A stretch of 64,000 bases of DNA from Gouania willdenowi (taxonomy: Eukaryota): contig NC_041064.1 in NCBI RefSeq assembly GCF_900634775.1, positions 1,508,717 through 1,572,716 of the forward strand. Direction: 5' to 3'. Positions 1-11,805 of the stretch are shown one piece after another (position 1 is the stretch's first letter; the number at the start of each line of letters is the position of its first letter). The notes below the pieces were generated by a model. The model worked only from the letters and a program-made list of their open reading frames with translations, ran no database searches and was not told the origin of the DNA. The translations under genes were made by a program, and so were the position numbers.

Positions 1-1500
1 AAATGTTGCAGTTTATTGCTGTAGGTTTGTGATGTGATGGGATCTGTGGTTTGAGGAGATGGCTGACAGTGGAAAATAGTTTTTTTGAGTTTCCTGGGTT
101 GTTATTGATGACTGTTGAATAGTGTTCAGACCTGGCGGTGGAGAGGGCTTTTGCGTATGTGTGTTAATGTTCCCGGTATGCCAACTTATGCACCGTCAGG
201 CTAGATGTTTTGCTGGCACGCTCCAGGACGTGGCCCAACCTTTTCATGGCCCTGAGTTTGTCTGTGAACTAGGGAGCTGAACGGGTGAAAGTGACAGTCC
301 GGGTTTTTTGTGGGGCATGAATGTCCAGGATGGAGCTGAGGTTGTCGTTGTAGTAGGCTATAAGATCGCTGACTGATGAGTACAGAGAGGGTGAAAGAAG
401 CTGAAGGTGCTGGGTGAAGGAGGTGGAGTCAATGCTCTTGGTGTTCCAGTAAGTCATCTGCTGTTTTGGTTTGGTGAGATGGGATGATAAGGGGACTTTG
501 ATTGTCGGGAGGAGTGAGAGTCCATGTGTATATTGAAATCCCCAATAACCAGGATGTTTTTGTGTGATGTGCATAGGGAGATGAGAAAATCATGTATGTC
601 TGAGATGAAGATTGGTTGTGATTTGGGGGGGCGATAAATGAGGGCTATAGTTGCTGAGAGGGGATGTTTGCATTGAAGGACCAAGCTTTCAAATGAAGTG
701 ACATTGGGCACAGGCAGAGGAGAAAGGTGAATATTTTCGCAGAATATTACAGCAAGCCCCCCACCACGTCCGGTTGTGCGGGCCTTTTCCAGGTACGAGT
801 ACCCAGGGGGGCATGCCTCATTGAGGACTGAGTAGACCCCAGGCTGTTGCCAGGTCTCAGAGAGGCACGTAATGTCTATGTCTTTATCTAAGATGTGGTC
901 ATACATAAGTCCGGATTTATTTGACAGAGACTGAACGTTTAGTTGTTGTAGTGTGAGATGTGTTTTTGAGTCCAGTTTTTTTAGTGAGCGGAGGAGAGTG
1001 AAATCCACTCCGGGTTTTCTGTTAACTGTACCTGGGGCGGCGGCGTTCTGATGACGTAGCTGGTGATGACGTGACAGCTGTGCGACGGGACGTGCTGGAG
1101 ACCAGAGGGACGCAATGGAGCCGCAACCGCCGTGTCTGTTCACAGTGAACCGGCGGCCGGATCCCCGGTGGATGTAGCGAGGCCTGTAATGCAGACCCAA
1201 TTGCAGTGGAGCTTGGGTGTTGAAGAGCCCCCAGATCCGCGCTAGGCCTTCGGACCTCACGATGTGCGGAGAAACACCGGCGCTAGCGGTTAGCCATAAA
1301 GCCGGCGAGCAGAGACTGATGACGGCGGCCATGCAGGCGGCGATAATCCCCAGACTCCACAGCAATGCAACTCCACGTATTGAAATCCGTTGGGTTAGGG
1401 TTATAGAGCCCGGCTGGATCATCCACCACCAGAGCAGCGGCCAACAACAGTAGCCAGTAGCGAACCCACGATGGCACAAGGGCTCGGGGCACATGACCGG
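1..1500 (-). mobile_element. Fragment of a LINE (non-LTR retrotransposon, L2/RTE-like) truncated by the window edge. It carries the ORF2 apurinic/apyrimidinic endonuclease (APE) domain and the N-terminal part of the RT.
   Basis: ORF 454..1494 (-) has an APE-endonuclease-like segment (…DITCLSETWQQPG…GGGLAVIFCENIH…ILVIGDFNIHMD…). It continues in ORF 269..574 (-), a typical RT N-terminal region. Frameshifts and stops make it a decayed copy. Confidence 0.6.
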
Positions 1501-2529
1501 AGGGGGCCGCCTGGGTCGTGTCAGCTCTGACCTGACAGGTAAGTCATCATCATCATGGGCATTCTGATAAAAATGTCAGGGGAGGACGGATTTTGCAGAT
1601 AAGCGGCAAATAGTCAGCGCCAGCGTCCTCTCCGCGTGACCATCCGAGTGGGCCCGAGTAGTCAGGCTATGGCTGAGTATGGCTTATACTACAAGGCTCA
1701 AAATTCACTCAATTCATCGGGGGTGGGGGCTGAGTTAGTAATCTGAGTTTTGTGGTGTAATTCCAAAGTCAAAGGGGGTTAGCTACAGATCTTGTGTCGC
1801 AATCAGCTGTTTAACTATTGGATGGGGGAGGGGAGGAAGCTGGTCCTCGCTACAGACACGAAGGTGCTAGAACAAAACTAAAGACATTATTGGATTTGTC
1901 TCACCTTGTACTTTTGGGAATGAGGACCCTTGGTGCTATGCACCCTTGCATTGCAAAGATAGGCCCGGGAAGGTTCAAGAGGGACAGGGCCTCAATATGT
2001 TGTACAACCCCCCAGGGGCTTTCCAAAGATGCCCCAATGTAGTCCGTCATTTAGGGTACTCAAGTTAGAATGCTTCAAAAAGTGGATTGGTGGGCTCTAG
2101 TGGTCAAACGCAGGCAGCTACCTGTTCTGGACTTGCCTGGACAAGATCTTTCCAAAGAGGTCTCATTTGTGCAAATCGGATGAAAACTGCCCAAGTTGTG
2201 AACCTGGGGCCCTAAATCCAGGATCCTCTAAGGATTCAAGACCTAATGGGGGTGTTTTTGGAGAATTTCGGAGAACTTGAGAGAGGAACCTGATGTCCAC
2301 ATATGTTGTAAACCGCTGCTAGGCCTTTCCAACTGTACCTTTTACTTGTCTCTGTGACATTTCATTTCATGGTCCAAGAACCCCCAACCTTTGGGGGATT
2401 CTAGCTCCCCAGGGCAGGGTGCCAGAGCGTTGGTTCTACCACGGCTGTACTTGACGTGACGAGACCTTTCCTTGGATCTTTCATTTGATGGGATCGGAGC
2501 AAGAATGAGGGTTAGGGTTAGGGTTTCTA

Positions 2530-3250
2530 TTTGCTGGGGGGGTGGCGCGAGATGTTCCAGTGGTTGCAGTCACTGTCGGCCGCCTGGTAGGTCTGTCCTG
2601 CTATCTGCGGACCGGTGGGTCGGTCCGGTGCACCCTTGACTGGAGGCTGCTGTTCCGCACCGGGTGTGTGCCGTTGGAGTGCCTCCTTCTCGTGGTGCAG
2701 GCCGCTGGTCGCTCACGCGCCAGTGGGGGGCGCGCTGTCCGGTGGCGGCGGGGACTGGGCTGTTGTCCTTTCGCTGTCTGGGGCTGTGCAGTCCTGCTGG
2801 ACTGTGGCCAGTTCATGGGCTGTGGTGGGGGCTCACCTTTGGGGGTTCCCGGTCCCCGGGGGCGCTCTTGGGCTCTTAGGGGCGTCTAGAGGGCTGTTAG
2901 GCCATGGGGGGGTTGGCTGGGCTCCCTGGACCCCGCTTTTTCTTCTAGCCTGGCTGCATCTTCGGGTCCGGGACAGCGCTTGGGTTTGCAGTGGTGGTTC
3001 TTGCACATACATTGGTCTATGATGCACTGGCATGCCTTGGACTGTGGGATAAAACTCGCAGTGGGCTTAACTTTAGACACGTTGATCCTAAATACCTGTT
3101 TTAGGTATTACCACTCACTCCTACCCTCTGTCCACAGCCACCATCATTATACCTAAGCTTCATGCTTATCACCAGACTGGCTTGATTACACAACACAATA
3201 AGCACAACTGCAACTTCACATCTCACCCTTACTTTACAATAATCAACTCA
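2530..3250 (+). repeat. Copy 1 (shortest) of a GC-rich, G+T-skewed interspersed repeat of unknown family. Its 3' ~370 bp is shared with the copies at 15665..17520 and 29475..31400.
   Basis: Direct alignment by eye: 2880..3250 matches 17230..17520 and 31070..31400 (…ttcttgcacatacat.g.ctacgatgc.ctagcatgccttggactgtgg.ataaaact.g.agtgggcttaactt.agacacgttgatcc.aaatacctgtt.caggtattaccactcactcc…). It is preceded by (TTAGGG)~3 at 2505..2528. Confidence 0.55.
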
Positions 3251-3625
3251 AAATGGCCCCCGATCAGGCCAATCGGAAGAAGTGCCCTTTAAGAAAAATA
3301 CCTCCCTCGTGGAGGGGTGGGCCCGGGAGCGGGGCTAACCCAAAATGAGCCCAATTGGCCATCTTTTGTCCGAAGTTGCATCTATCGTTCAAATGTATCC
3401 CACATGGAATAAAGAGTACCCCTTCGTGGAAGTCCCTGAGGGGGAGACTTAGTCCACGAGGGAGAAAGTTCCCCTCAAGTCTTCCTTGAAGGAGAACCCC
3501 AAAGTGTTTTGGGGTACTTTAAATCTTTAAGGAAGACACGTAGTGCATTTGAGCAGCTCCCTCGCGGAACTTTTCCTGGAGGAGACCTGGGTAAACACCC
3601 TCACTGCAAATAACAGAGGGTCAAG

Positions 3626-3865
3626 CTAGTGATCCCAATTATGTTCATCATCACTAATGAACATGATCATGTTTTTCAAAGTCTTATTCAAATGCTCCAC
3701 AAGCCCATCGGTCTTTGGGTGATACACAATAGTTTGAATAGATTTAACCCCTAGTAGTCTGTACAGTTCTTTTAGTGCACCCGACATGAACAACGTGCCC
3801 TGGTTGGTTAGAATTTTTTTCAAAATTCCAACCCTGGAGATGACATGAAACAGTGCCTGAGCCAC
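3626..3865 (-). pseudogene. Fragment of the integrase core of a Ty3/gypsy-like (or ERV-like) retrotransposon
   Basis: ORF 3626..3865 (-) …ILTNQGTLFMS…SIQTIVYHPKTDGLVEHLNKTLKNMI… is the conserved HPxTDGxxER region of retroelement integrases. It has no start context and no flanking ORF. Confidence 0.55.
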
Positions 3866-3879
3866 ACTCCTTTTATTTT

Positions 3880-5540
3880 TATTTTATTTATTCAGTTTAT
3901 TTCCGACATGGTTACATTCACTTTTTTTTTTTTTTTTTACATTTTTTTTTTTTTTGTACATGCCGAAAAAGGAGACGAGAGAAGCAGTTTGCTTATCTGG
4001 GTCCCGTCCCCTGTTTTACCATCGCAAATTTACATGGGTTTACGTGTCTCTCTGGTCAAACATTCTTAGAGTTGTTCTGAACAGTCCTTTTTTGTGTATT
4101 CACATCTGTAGTCAGTGTTGTCTTGTTTTTATTCCTCCTCCTCTCTATCGTTGTTCGTGTTGGCCTTGTTCCCTGCCAGACGTTGTTAGCATTCCTCCAG
4201 TTCAAGAATAGTTCCTCTTTCGAAGGTGTTTGGAAGGTTTTTCCCTTTTCATCCATAATGCCACCACTGGGGAATGTCTCTTTTGGACACACAAGTTTGC
4301 AGCTTGTTTTTTTCTCTACATCAAGGCTAATCCAGCTGTTGTCAGCTCTATTGGCAGTGTTGTATTCTCCACTGTCAGATCCAACTTGTATAAACACATT
4401 ATTATATCCTAGTTCACAAGCAAGGTAGTAATTTCATTGTATTATATCTTAGTTCATAAGCAAGGTAGTAATTTCATTGTACAGGAAAACGTGTTTCTAA
4501 CTGCATTTATGACAATAAACACTTTGAATTTAAATTTGATGTAATCCTTAATCACCCCACCACCTAGCAATTGAAATGAATAAATGACAGACCTTTTTTA
4601 CTCTTGGTTTCCACAATTAATTCAGTCTCCGTAAAATAATCACAGTATGAGTTTTGTTTCCAGTGTTTATATTGATCTGGGTCCATATCCATGATTACCA
4701 TCAGTAATGTTGTTGTTTAGGTGGATCCTTCGTATTTTCCCAAGTCTTCCATCGTTTTGATGAGGATTGGTTTTCCGTTCTCTTCTCCGAGTGGTGTGAT
4801 GTAAATTTTGCAGTTCCTTGTCCACGTCCTCACAATTTGTCCTCCTTTTTTTATTTGGCGTGCCTTCCATGCAATGCTTGCATTTTGTTTCGTCAGGTTT
4901 TCATTGATGTACACCTTCGTTCCCTTGAGTTTATTTCCTTGCTTCAGTTGTTCTCCTTTGAATTTCATATTCGTGAAGGTGATTTTTACAGCTCTGTTAT
5001 CATTTTTCTTTGGCAGGAGATGGCAGGAGTTGATGTTGTCAGGGTTCAGGACAATGTCCTTCGACTCCAGGTAGTCAATGACCTGTTGTTCAATCGATTT
5101 TGTTTCTTTGTCACTCGCGTAACTACTGGGTTTTATCTTTAGGCCTGTGATGATGACATCTTTCTCTCTTTCCTTTTGTTCCAGCTGTTCAATCCTGGCG
5201 TTCAACAATTTGATCTCTTCAGCATTTCTTTCATTCTTTTCTTTCAGTACCTTTGCTTCGCTTTGTAGGTTTTCCAGTGAGTTTTCCAGCGTCTTTTCCA
5301 ACGACTTTATCTCGGCAGATAGGTTTCGTAGACCCTCGCATATCATCTCCTTGACCTCTTCCAAACCCGAATTGGGTTCTGAAGGGCTTCCCTGCGGTTT
5401 TTTCACCATTTTCCTTCAGTCTTGGGCCAATTTTTCAGGCTGTTCAGCTGTAGCCAGCTGTAGCCAAGGTCGTGTTATCGGAGCGAATGAAAAACACGTC
5501 TGCTCTCTCCAAAGACCAGAGATTTATTTTATGTTTGCAG
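3880..5540 (-). mobile_element. Internally deleted L1/Tx1-like LINE. The 5'UTR, ORF1 and the first ~150 bp of ORF2 are joined to the last ~550 bp (3' end, with internal poly-A seen as poly-T on +).
   Basis: ORF1 4717..5409 (-) is a coiled-coil protein homologous to ORF1 at 44333..45097. Segments 4400..4700 and 3880..4400 align respectively to 44100..44340 and 40985..41560 of the fuller copy at 40985..45240. Confidence 0.65.
4717..5409 (-). CDS. LINE ORF1 protein (coiled-coil / RNA-binding type); probably intact
   Basis: 230-aa ORF with a heptad-rich segment …SLEKTLENSLENLQSEAKVLKEKNERNAEEIKLLNARIEQLEQKEREKDVIITGLK… It is paralogous to 44333..45097. Confidence 0.6.
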   Translation of the reverse strand: MVKKPQGSPSEPNSGLEEVKEMICEGLRNLSAEIKSLEKTLENSLENLQSEAKVLKEKNERNAEEIKLLNARIEQLEQKEREKDVIITGLKIKPSSYASDKETKSIEQQVIDYLESKDIVLNPDNINSCHLLPKKNDNRAVKITFTNMKFKGEQLKQGNKLKGTKVYINENLTKQNASIAWKARQIKKGGQIVRTWTRNCKIYITPLGEENGKPILIKTMEDLGKYEGST

Positions 5541-5718
5541 AGATGGTGTGCAGCGGCACTGTTTTAGGATATCGGGTTGCATAATCTACTAAGAATAATA
5601 CAAAGCGATATACCCATGTGATCTGGTGAAATGGCCTGATCAGATTAATTCCTATACTTTCAACGGGACCTCCATTAATGGTAGGTTCATAACAGCAATA
5701 CCAAAAGCACAGGAGCAC
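5524..5718 (-). pseudogene. Fragment of retroelement integrase N-terminal core
   Basis: …LIRPFHQITWVYRFVLFLVDYATRYPKTVPLHTISA… matches integrase fragments at 8500..8720, 37380..37500 and 53150..53260. Confidence 0.5.
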
Positions 5719-6329
5719 AACTTTTGTTTACTTTTACTTGAGTTGAGTTTTTTTGGAAGTATTTTATTTCACTACATTTTAATTTGCATCTGTTACCGAG
5801 TAAAAATATTGACATGAACAAAAATGAAATGGGTACTCCATATATTCACTGTTTTATGTTGTTTATTATTGTCATATTTAGTGGTGTATGTATGTGTTGA
5901 ATGCTACATGGCTGATGGGATGTGATGCACTATCAAACTATAGTCATGGCTTACAGAGCAAAGATGAGCATTGTTCGACCACATGTGAGGACAGCTACTG
6001 CTTCACTGCTCAGCATCACATTTACCATTTTTATTTTAGTTCAACCCAAAATGTTAAGATAATGTTAGGTTTTTAATCATTAAACAAGGAAAAGCTTTAT
6101 ATCTGTAAATATTGGAGCTTCAGGATTTATTACAAACTGTCCTCTGTCTTTTCCCTGTTCATTCCATTGTTAAATAAGATAAAAACTCTGCTGGACAAGG
6201 TTTCATGAAGCAACGTTTATTTAGAGACCAATGTGAGAATAAGCTCAGAGCTACAAACAGCGTTACAGTGCGCAGGTTGATAAATAAAAACACAAGACAA
6301 TCAACTCATTAATCACAATCAGGTCTAAT

Positions 6330-6970
6330 AAAGAGACAGTGATGTTATATTTAACATATAGGCTCCGTACATCACCACCAGGAATCAAACACACCTTTAA
6401 AAAAGAGCCAGGCAGCATTTCTGATTTACTCTGGACTTTTAGAACCAGGTTGACTCATTCCTGGTTCCTGAGGGTGACTGTTCTGCATGTTCTTGATGAC
6501 CCTCTGCTCCAACATAAATACATCTAAAGTGCATTCACCTAAACAGTTCAGCTGAACATCTAAAGTTCTGCTCAATACATTCAGGTGTGTTAAAGCTGAG
6601 AAACACTGAAAACAAGCTGGACAGCAGCTCTCAAAAATCAGGAACAAACACTGATAATCAGTGAAGGACACATAGAAATGAGCAACATTAACCTGGTTTA
6701 GAATTAAACAATCATTGGTTTAAACTTTACTGCACTAACAAATAAAAATTATTTATTTTGGCATACAAAATGCTGGAAATTTTGTAATTGTTTAAAGCAT
6801 TAGGGGCCTGACTGTAAACAGCCTAAATTAGAAAATAAATATGGTACATTATGCCCTTGACAAACTTAAGGAGTCAGTGTGTTTCTCCTGTAGCAACATT
6901 TGATTTGATGACACATTAATTTTTTTTGTTGTCAAATTAAACATGATGATGGAAAACAAAGGCTGCTTTG
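6330..6970 (-). other. Conserved 3' flanking segment of the TAAR duplicon (short form, copy 1); likely 3'UTR / downstream region
   Basis: Aligns with 39481..40400, 49871..50480 and 61388..62230. It includes the recurrent antisense 78-aa ORF segment (6339..6527). Confidence 0.6.
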
Positions 6971-8059
6971 TCAGCGTTTCCGCTCTCTGTGCAGCAGGTT
7001 AATATCACTGGAGCCAGGCTTCATTATCTGAAAGGTAACAATGAGCTTGATGGACTTTCTGAACCAGGGGTAAAACAGTGCATAGATCAGAGGGTTGAAA
7101 AAGGAGTTCAGGTAAAACAGACAAATCACAAAAGCCAAAGTGGAAGCATTTAAAACAGAGTCTGCTCCAGTAATAGAAACACAAAAATATGGACAGGTGC
7201 ACAGGAGGAAAACCACAATGACAACGCTGATTGTGCTGAAAGCTTTAAGCTCAGATTTCTTTGTGGTGAATTGGGACTCGTGTGCAGGTCTCACAGATGC
7301 AGCATGAGAACGCATAGAATGAGCATGAGACAAAGCCACCACAAACACCCTCAGAGACATCAGTACGATGACAATAACAGGTCCAATAAATGACAGGATA
7401 ATCTCTACAATGCTACCAACATAACTGATAACTACTACACACTCCCCAAGGCACGTGCTGTACTGGCCTGGTTGTTCCAGGTTATCTTTAAGAAGAAAAG
7501 TGTGAGAGATGACAGACATGATCCAGCACAGAGAAACACATACTTTCACTCTGTTTGCTGTAACTTTAGTGGGATACTGCAGAGGTTCACACACTGCCAC
7601 GTAGCGATCCACTGAGAGCAGAACCATTGTTCCTATTGAAGCTGAGGTGAAGATAAAATCCAAATAATAATACACACTACACAACAGTGCCCCAAACAAC
7701 CAACAACCATCAATAAGTGATATTTGGAAGATCATAAGGATGCCCACAAAGAAATCTGAGATAGCCAGAGAGAGGAGGAGGAGGTTGGTGGGAGTGTGGA
7801 GCTTCCTGAAAAGTGAGAGATAAAGAAAAGTCAGATCAGATTTTATGAAAACAGAACCTCCTAAACACTGTGAAAGAATATTTAAATACCTGAAGTGTGA
7901 GATGGAGATGATGACCAGAAGGTTGAGGTTCACAGTCATCACAGAGATGGAGGAGAGGGTGATATAAATCAGCACAGAGACTGAGTGAGGACGCACGATC
8001 CTCCTGCACGATGAGTTAAGATTTGAAAAGCAGAACTCAGCGTCATCAACGGTTTCCAT
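6971..8059 (-). CDS. TAAR-family olfactory GPCR, paralog 1 (inverted copy). Two exons: complement(7890..8059) and complement(6971..7805). Spliced product ~334 aa.
   Basis: 362-aa ORF read-through. TAAR fingerprint NSFFNPLIYALFYPWF. DRY (SVDRYVAVCEPLQYP). C3.25 and D3.32 (YYYLDFIF). It has E5.42 (SIVEIILSFIGP) where the other copies have D. TM6 is CTCPYF. Kozak caaagATGG. Confidence 0.88.
   Translation of the reverse strand: METVDDAEFCFSNLNSSCRRIVRPHSVSVLIYITLSSISVMTVNLNLLVIISISHFRYLNILSQCLGGSVFIKSDLTFLYLSLFRKLHTPTNLLLLSLAISDFFVGILMIFQISLIDGCWLFGALLCSVYYYLDFIFTSASIGTMVLLSVDRYVAVCEPLQYPTKVTANRVKVCVSLCWIMSVISHTFLLKDNLEQPGQYSTCLGECVVVISYVGSIVEIILSFIGPVIVIVLMSLRVFVVALSHAHSMRSHAASVRPAHESQFTTKKSELKAFSTISVVIVVFLLCTCPYFCVSITGADSVLNASTLAFVICLFYLNSFFNPLIYALFYPWFRKSIKLIVTFQIMKPGSSDINLLHRERKR
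7806..7889 (-). other. 84-bp in-frame intron (phase 2) in ICL1 of TAAR paralog 1
   Basis: Minus-strand CAG|GTATTT … polypyrimidine CTTTTCTTTATCTCTCACTTTTCAG|G. If translated it adds 28 aa (RYLNILSQCLGGSVFIKSDLTFLYLSLF) between TM1 and TM2, where TAARs have a very short loop. Confidence 0.8.
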
Positions 8060-8097
8060 CTTTGACCCCTCTGCCTCTCACTCTAATGTTGCACTGA

Positions 8098-8103
8098 TTT
8101 ATA
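8098..8103 (-). promoter_or_regulatory. TATAAA box 44 bp upstream of the TAAR paralog 1 ATG, within the conserved proximal promoter 8060..8400
   Basis: Minus-strand ggttttataaatcagtgcaacattagagtgagaggcagaggggtcaaagATG is identical in all six copies. Confidence 0.5.
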
Positions 8104-8390
8104 AAACCTTTTTTCTTATTGCTACGCCCTCCTTTGATCTGGTAACTTCCTTTTTGAATGAATATTTAGATGATTTGACCTCTGGGTTGTTTTTGCTTAT
8201 TCTGTAAGGTTTTTGAAAAAACCATCCACAAATTCCAATTCCAGAGAAAAGAGAAAATGTTGTGAGCTAAAATGCTCTGCTTAATCCTGTAAAAGGCAAC
8301 TTTAAAAAAATTAAAAATATTGAAGTTCAACAAATGTAAAAAAAAAATTAGCACAACACAATCTAGGACTCGGATGGAAAGTGGAGAATT

Positions 8391-10060
8391 GTGGCGATGG
8401 TGGCGCTGGAACATCTCCAACGAAGACGAAGGAATGTCTCAACGCCGCCGCAGCCGATAGCAGCACCCCCGACGAAGCTAGGGCCCGCGGCAGGAAACGA
8501 CCTCATTGGGCTATTTCACCGGAGCACACTGGGTTATCGCTTTTTTAGTCTTAGTAGATTATGCAACGAGATATTCCAAATCAGTGCCACTGCACACTAT
8601 CTCTGCAAAGAGGCACAGGCACAGTTTCAGGACATTTACCGGGTTGGAATTACAAAAGAAATTCTAACTAACCAGGGCACATTGTTCATATCCCACACAC
8701 TTCAGGAAATATGACTTACTGGGGGTTAAATGTATTCACTGACTGATCACTGACCTATCCCTCTGTTATTTGCAGTGAGGGAGGTTCCCCAGGCCTCCCC
8801 AATTTTTTTCCTTTGAGCTGCTGTACAGCAAGAAACCATGGAGGGTCTTGGACCTGTTAAGAGAAAACTGGGATGAAGGTCCAAGTTCCAGCAAAAATAA
8901 AATACAATACATGTTTAACCTGACCCGTCACGTGATAATCTGCTCCAGGCCCAACAGCGTCAGATGAGCCTGTATGACAGAGCGGCGGAGCTTTGTCACT
9001 TTACACCGGGAGAAAAGGTGTTTGTATTACTCGCTACATCCAATTCTTAATTACTTGCTTAGTGGCAGGGGCCCTTTGTGGTCACACGGCGAGTGAAGTG
9101 GATTATGAGTGAGAGGCGGAGCACGACAGATCTACTACCTCAACCTCCTGGAATGAATGCGCAAGGCAGATCCTGTTTTCCTTGTGTCAGCGATTAAAGG
9201 GAAAGATGAGTTGGGACCTGAGGTACCAAAAACTACGACTCATGCTTCACTTCCCCTTGATGAACATCTCTCACCATCACAGAAAGCAGATGTGTATAAG
9301 TTGCAGGCAAAATTTACGAATGTGTCCTCCCCTCTACCCGGACGTACAACGTTCATTGAACATAAAATAAACATGCACCACGGGTTAACGATAGGTTCTC
9401 TGCCTTATAGTTTACCTGAGCATTAACAGGAAGTAGTGGCGATGTAGCAAATGGTTATAATTGAACAGTTCCACAGCGCATGGAGCAGCCCAATTGTTCT
9501 TGTAGCTTAGAAGGATGGGTCATTGCATTTTTGTGTAGACTATTGTGAACTGAATGAACTATCACGGTTTAATGCATACCCTATGTCCTTGGGGTCGACG
9601 AGCTCCTGGTGGATACCAGTACCAGTTGGGTACTGCTCGCTTTTTTACAATGCTGGATGTAACCATGGGCTACTGCCGATTCCATTGGTTTGTACCAATT
9701 TGTCATGCTTCCTCTTGAGTTGTTCAGTGCTCCTGATGAGTGCTGCGCTCAAACACTGCCTGTGATGACACCTGGGTTGGAACAGTGATGTGAGGGTTGT
9801 TTTATCCCAGCAGGTAATGAGAGTTGATCATCCTGTGGCCTACATTAGCCAGAAACTGCCAGAAAGAGACCATGCACTGTTCTATAGACTCCATAGACTT
9901 TTGTGTTCCATCCCCGTTGTTGAGTGTCTGCTGCAAGTGCTGTGAAGCACAGTTTCTTGCTCTCATAGGCCTCTCCAGCCAAGTTCTCCCATGGGACTGT
10001 AAGCTCTATGATGTAAACAGTCTTGTGAGAGGGCCCAGAATACCAAGTCTGACCTGAGGA
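8391..10060 (+). mobile_element. Decayed Ty3/gypsy-type pol fragment with the integrase upstream of reverse transcriptase (Gmr1-like domain order)
   Basis: INT core at 8500..8714 (…FFSLSRLCNEIFQISATAHYLCKEAQAQFQDIYRVGITKEILTNQGTLF…), with the INT C-terminal piece up to ~9100. About 60 bp later comes the RT N-terminal region at 9157..9426 (…LSPSQKADVYKLQAKFTNVSSPLPGRTTFIEHKINMHHG…). The RT core follows at 9523..9765 (…FCVDYCELNELSRFNAYPM…). All are on the + strand, and the same order recurs at 53100..54950. Confidence 0.55.
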
Positions 10061-11799
10061 TGGTGGTCGCTATCTCAACCTTGTTGTGCCTCCAGGTGTA
10101 AAAGCCTTGTGTAAACTTTGCCTAACATCAAAATGTGTTTGAGAGATGCTAGAGCTGGGCAGAGAGGACAGGTGAATATTCTTGCCATACCATTGATGGA
10201 GGTTATTTGGAGATGGGAGCTGGGAGCACATCATACGTAGCTCTGATGATGAAGCTGATTTTGCTTCCATTTTCCACAGCTACTTCCAGCTGAGCGTTCT
10301 CCTCTCCAGGCCTTCTCATCTCGTCCATTGACCCTGCTTGTCACGAGAGACAGCCTTTCCACTTCTTTCAGCTTCCTCCTGACGGAATACCTCCTTAACC
10401 ACCATTTTCTCCTCTTTAATGTTAAGGACTTATGCCAGGTTAGTTTACTTGCTGTAAGGCCAAAGCCTCCTCTTCCCTGTTGAACATGCCTCACAATATT
10501 GTTGTGCCTTATGGCAATGTAGCATGTTGCACCGCATCTAATGGTTTCCATTTCATTCTCAGGGGAGGTGCCATATTGCTGATGGTTTGGCCTCTGGAGA
10601 CCTCCAGGGTCATCTGGAGTCTCACTTTAGAGCACTTGTACTCTCGGTGAGGCTTGTGAAAGGCAACTCAAGGACTCCTTTACCATAGAGACCAATGTTC
10701 TTCAGACAGCGTGGGACCCCAAGCCATTTCTTCATGTAAGAAGTGATTGTTCGCTCCATCTTCTCCACAGTTGTTAGAATGTCTGGTGAATTCTTGTAGA
10801 GCTTATACGGTAGTCCTTTCAGCCCAGGGGATGATGCTGATCTTACACGCCTACAGTATTCTCTACTTCCTTCTATTTTAGAGGGTCAGTCTATTTAGAA
10901 TTCAGGTGATTGTATAATTGGGATGTCACGTGTGATACCAAGCTGTTTGTGGATTTTTATGTCATGGTAAACCTTTTCCACATGCTCCTCCAGCTGCTGC
11001 CTTAGAATTTTCAGGGTTCCACTTTTTTCCTTAGTGAACAGATCCTTGACAAACTTGAAGGGTTTTTATAGAAACATGTTCTTGCGGATTTTTCTTCCTC
11101 TTGCAAAGTTTCCTCAAGTTCTCTGCTCTATGTAAGGTTGCGAACCGGCTTTTGATGTCTCCATGGAGTAGTGATACCATCTCTCTTCATCAGAGGCTTT
11201 ATTCTATGGTTTTTTCAGATGCCTTCTTTCTCGAACCAGTCTTTAGATCTCTTGCTGTCTCTTGGATTTTGCTGCTGCTGCTTTGTCCCTTCTTACATTT
11301 ACACCAAAGCGAGTTTCTCTGTACTGGTAAATAATAGCCCCCATCTCTTTCAGCTTTTTATTTGCTGTGCAAGGAGGGACTGGCAGTTTGCATGAGGGAA
11401 AAAGCTCTTTTTGTCCGTCAAAAGCCACAAAAACAAGCAATCTGTTTGTGGAGCTGTGTCTAGAACTCTACACTTAGCAGACTTATTACAACATTAAACT
11501 ACGAACAGATTGTATTCTGCAAACTTTTTGACATTTGTTGAACTTCTATGATTTTTTTTCTCTAAAAGTTGTCTTTTACAGGATTAATCAGAGCATTTCA
11601 GCTCACAACATTGTCACTTTGCTCTGGAATTGGAAATTTTGTAAAAGTTGCAGCTTTTTTTTATTTTTTATTGTGGATGGTCTTTTCAAACAACCTTACA
11701 GAATAGGCAAAAACAACCCAGAGGTCAAATCATCTAAATATTCATTCAAAAAGGAAGTTACCAGATCAAAGGAGGGCGGAGCAATGAAAAAAAAGGTTT

Positions 11800-11805
11800 T
11801 ATAAA
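11800..11805 (+). promoter_or_regulatory. TATAAA box 44 bp upstream of the TAAR paralog 2 ATG, in the conserved proximal promoter (~11540..11843)
   Basis: ggttttataaatcagtgcaacattagagtgagaggcagaggggtcaaagATGG. Confidence 0.5.

Noticed and set aside
1500-2520. Possible LINE 5'UTR / separate element between the APE-domain ORF and the first GC-rich repeat
   Set aside because: There are no coding or structural hallmarks I can verify. It could simply be the 5' region of the minus-strand LINE. It is left unannotated.
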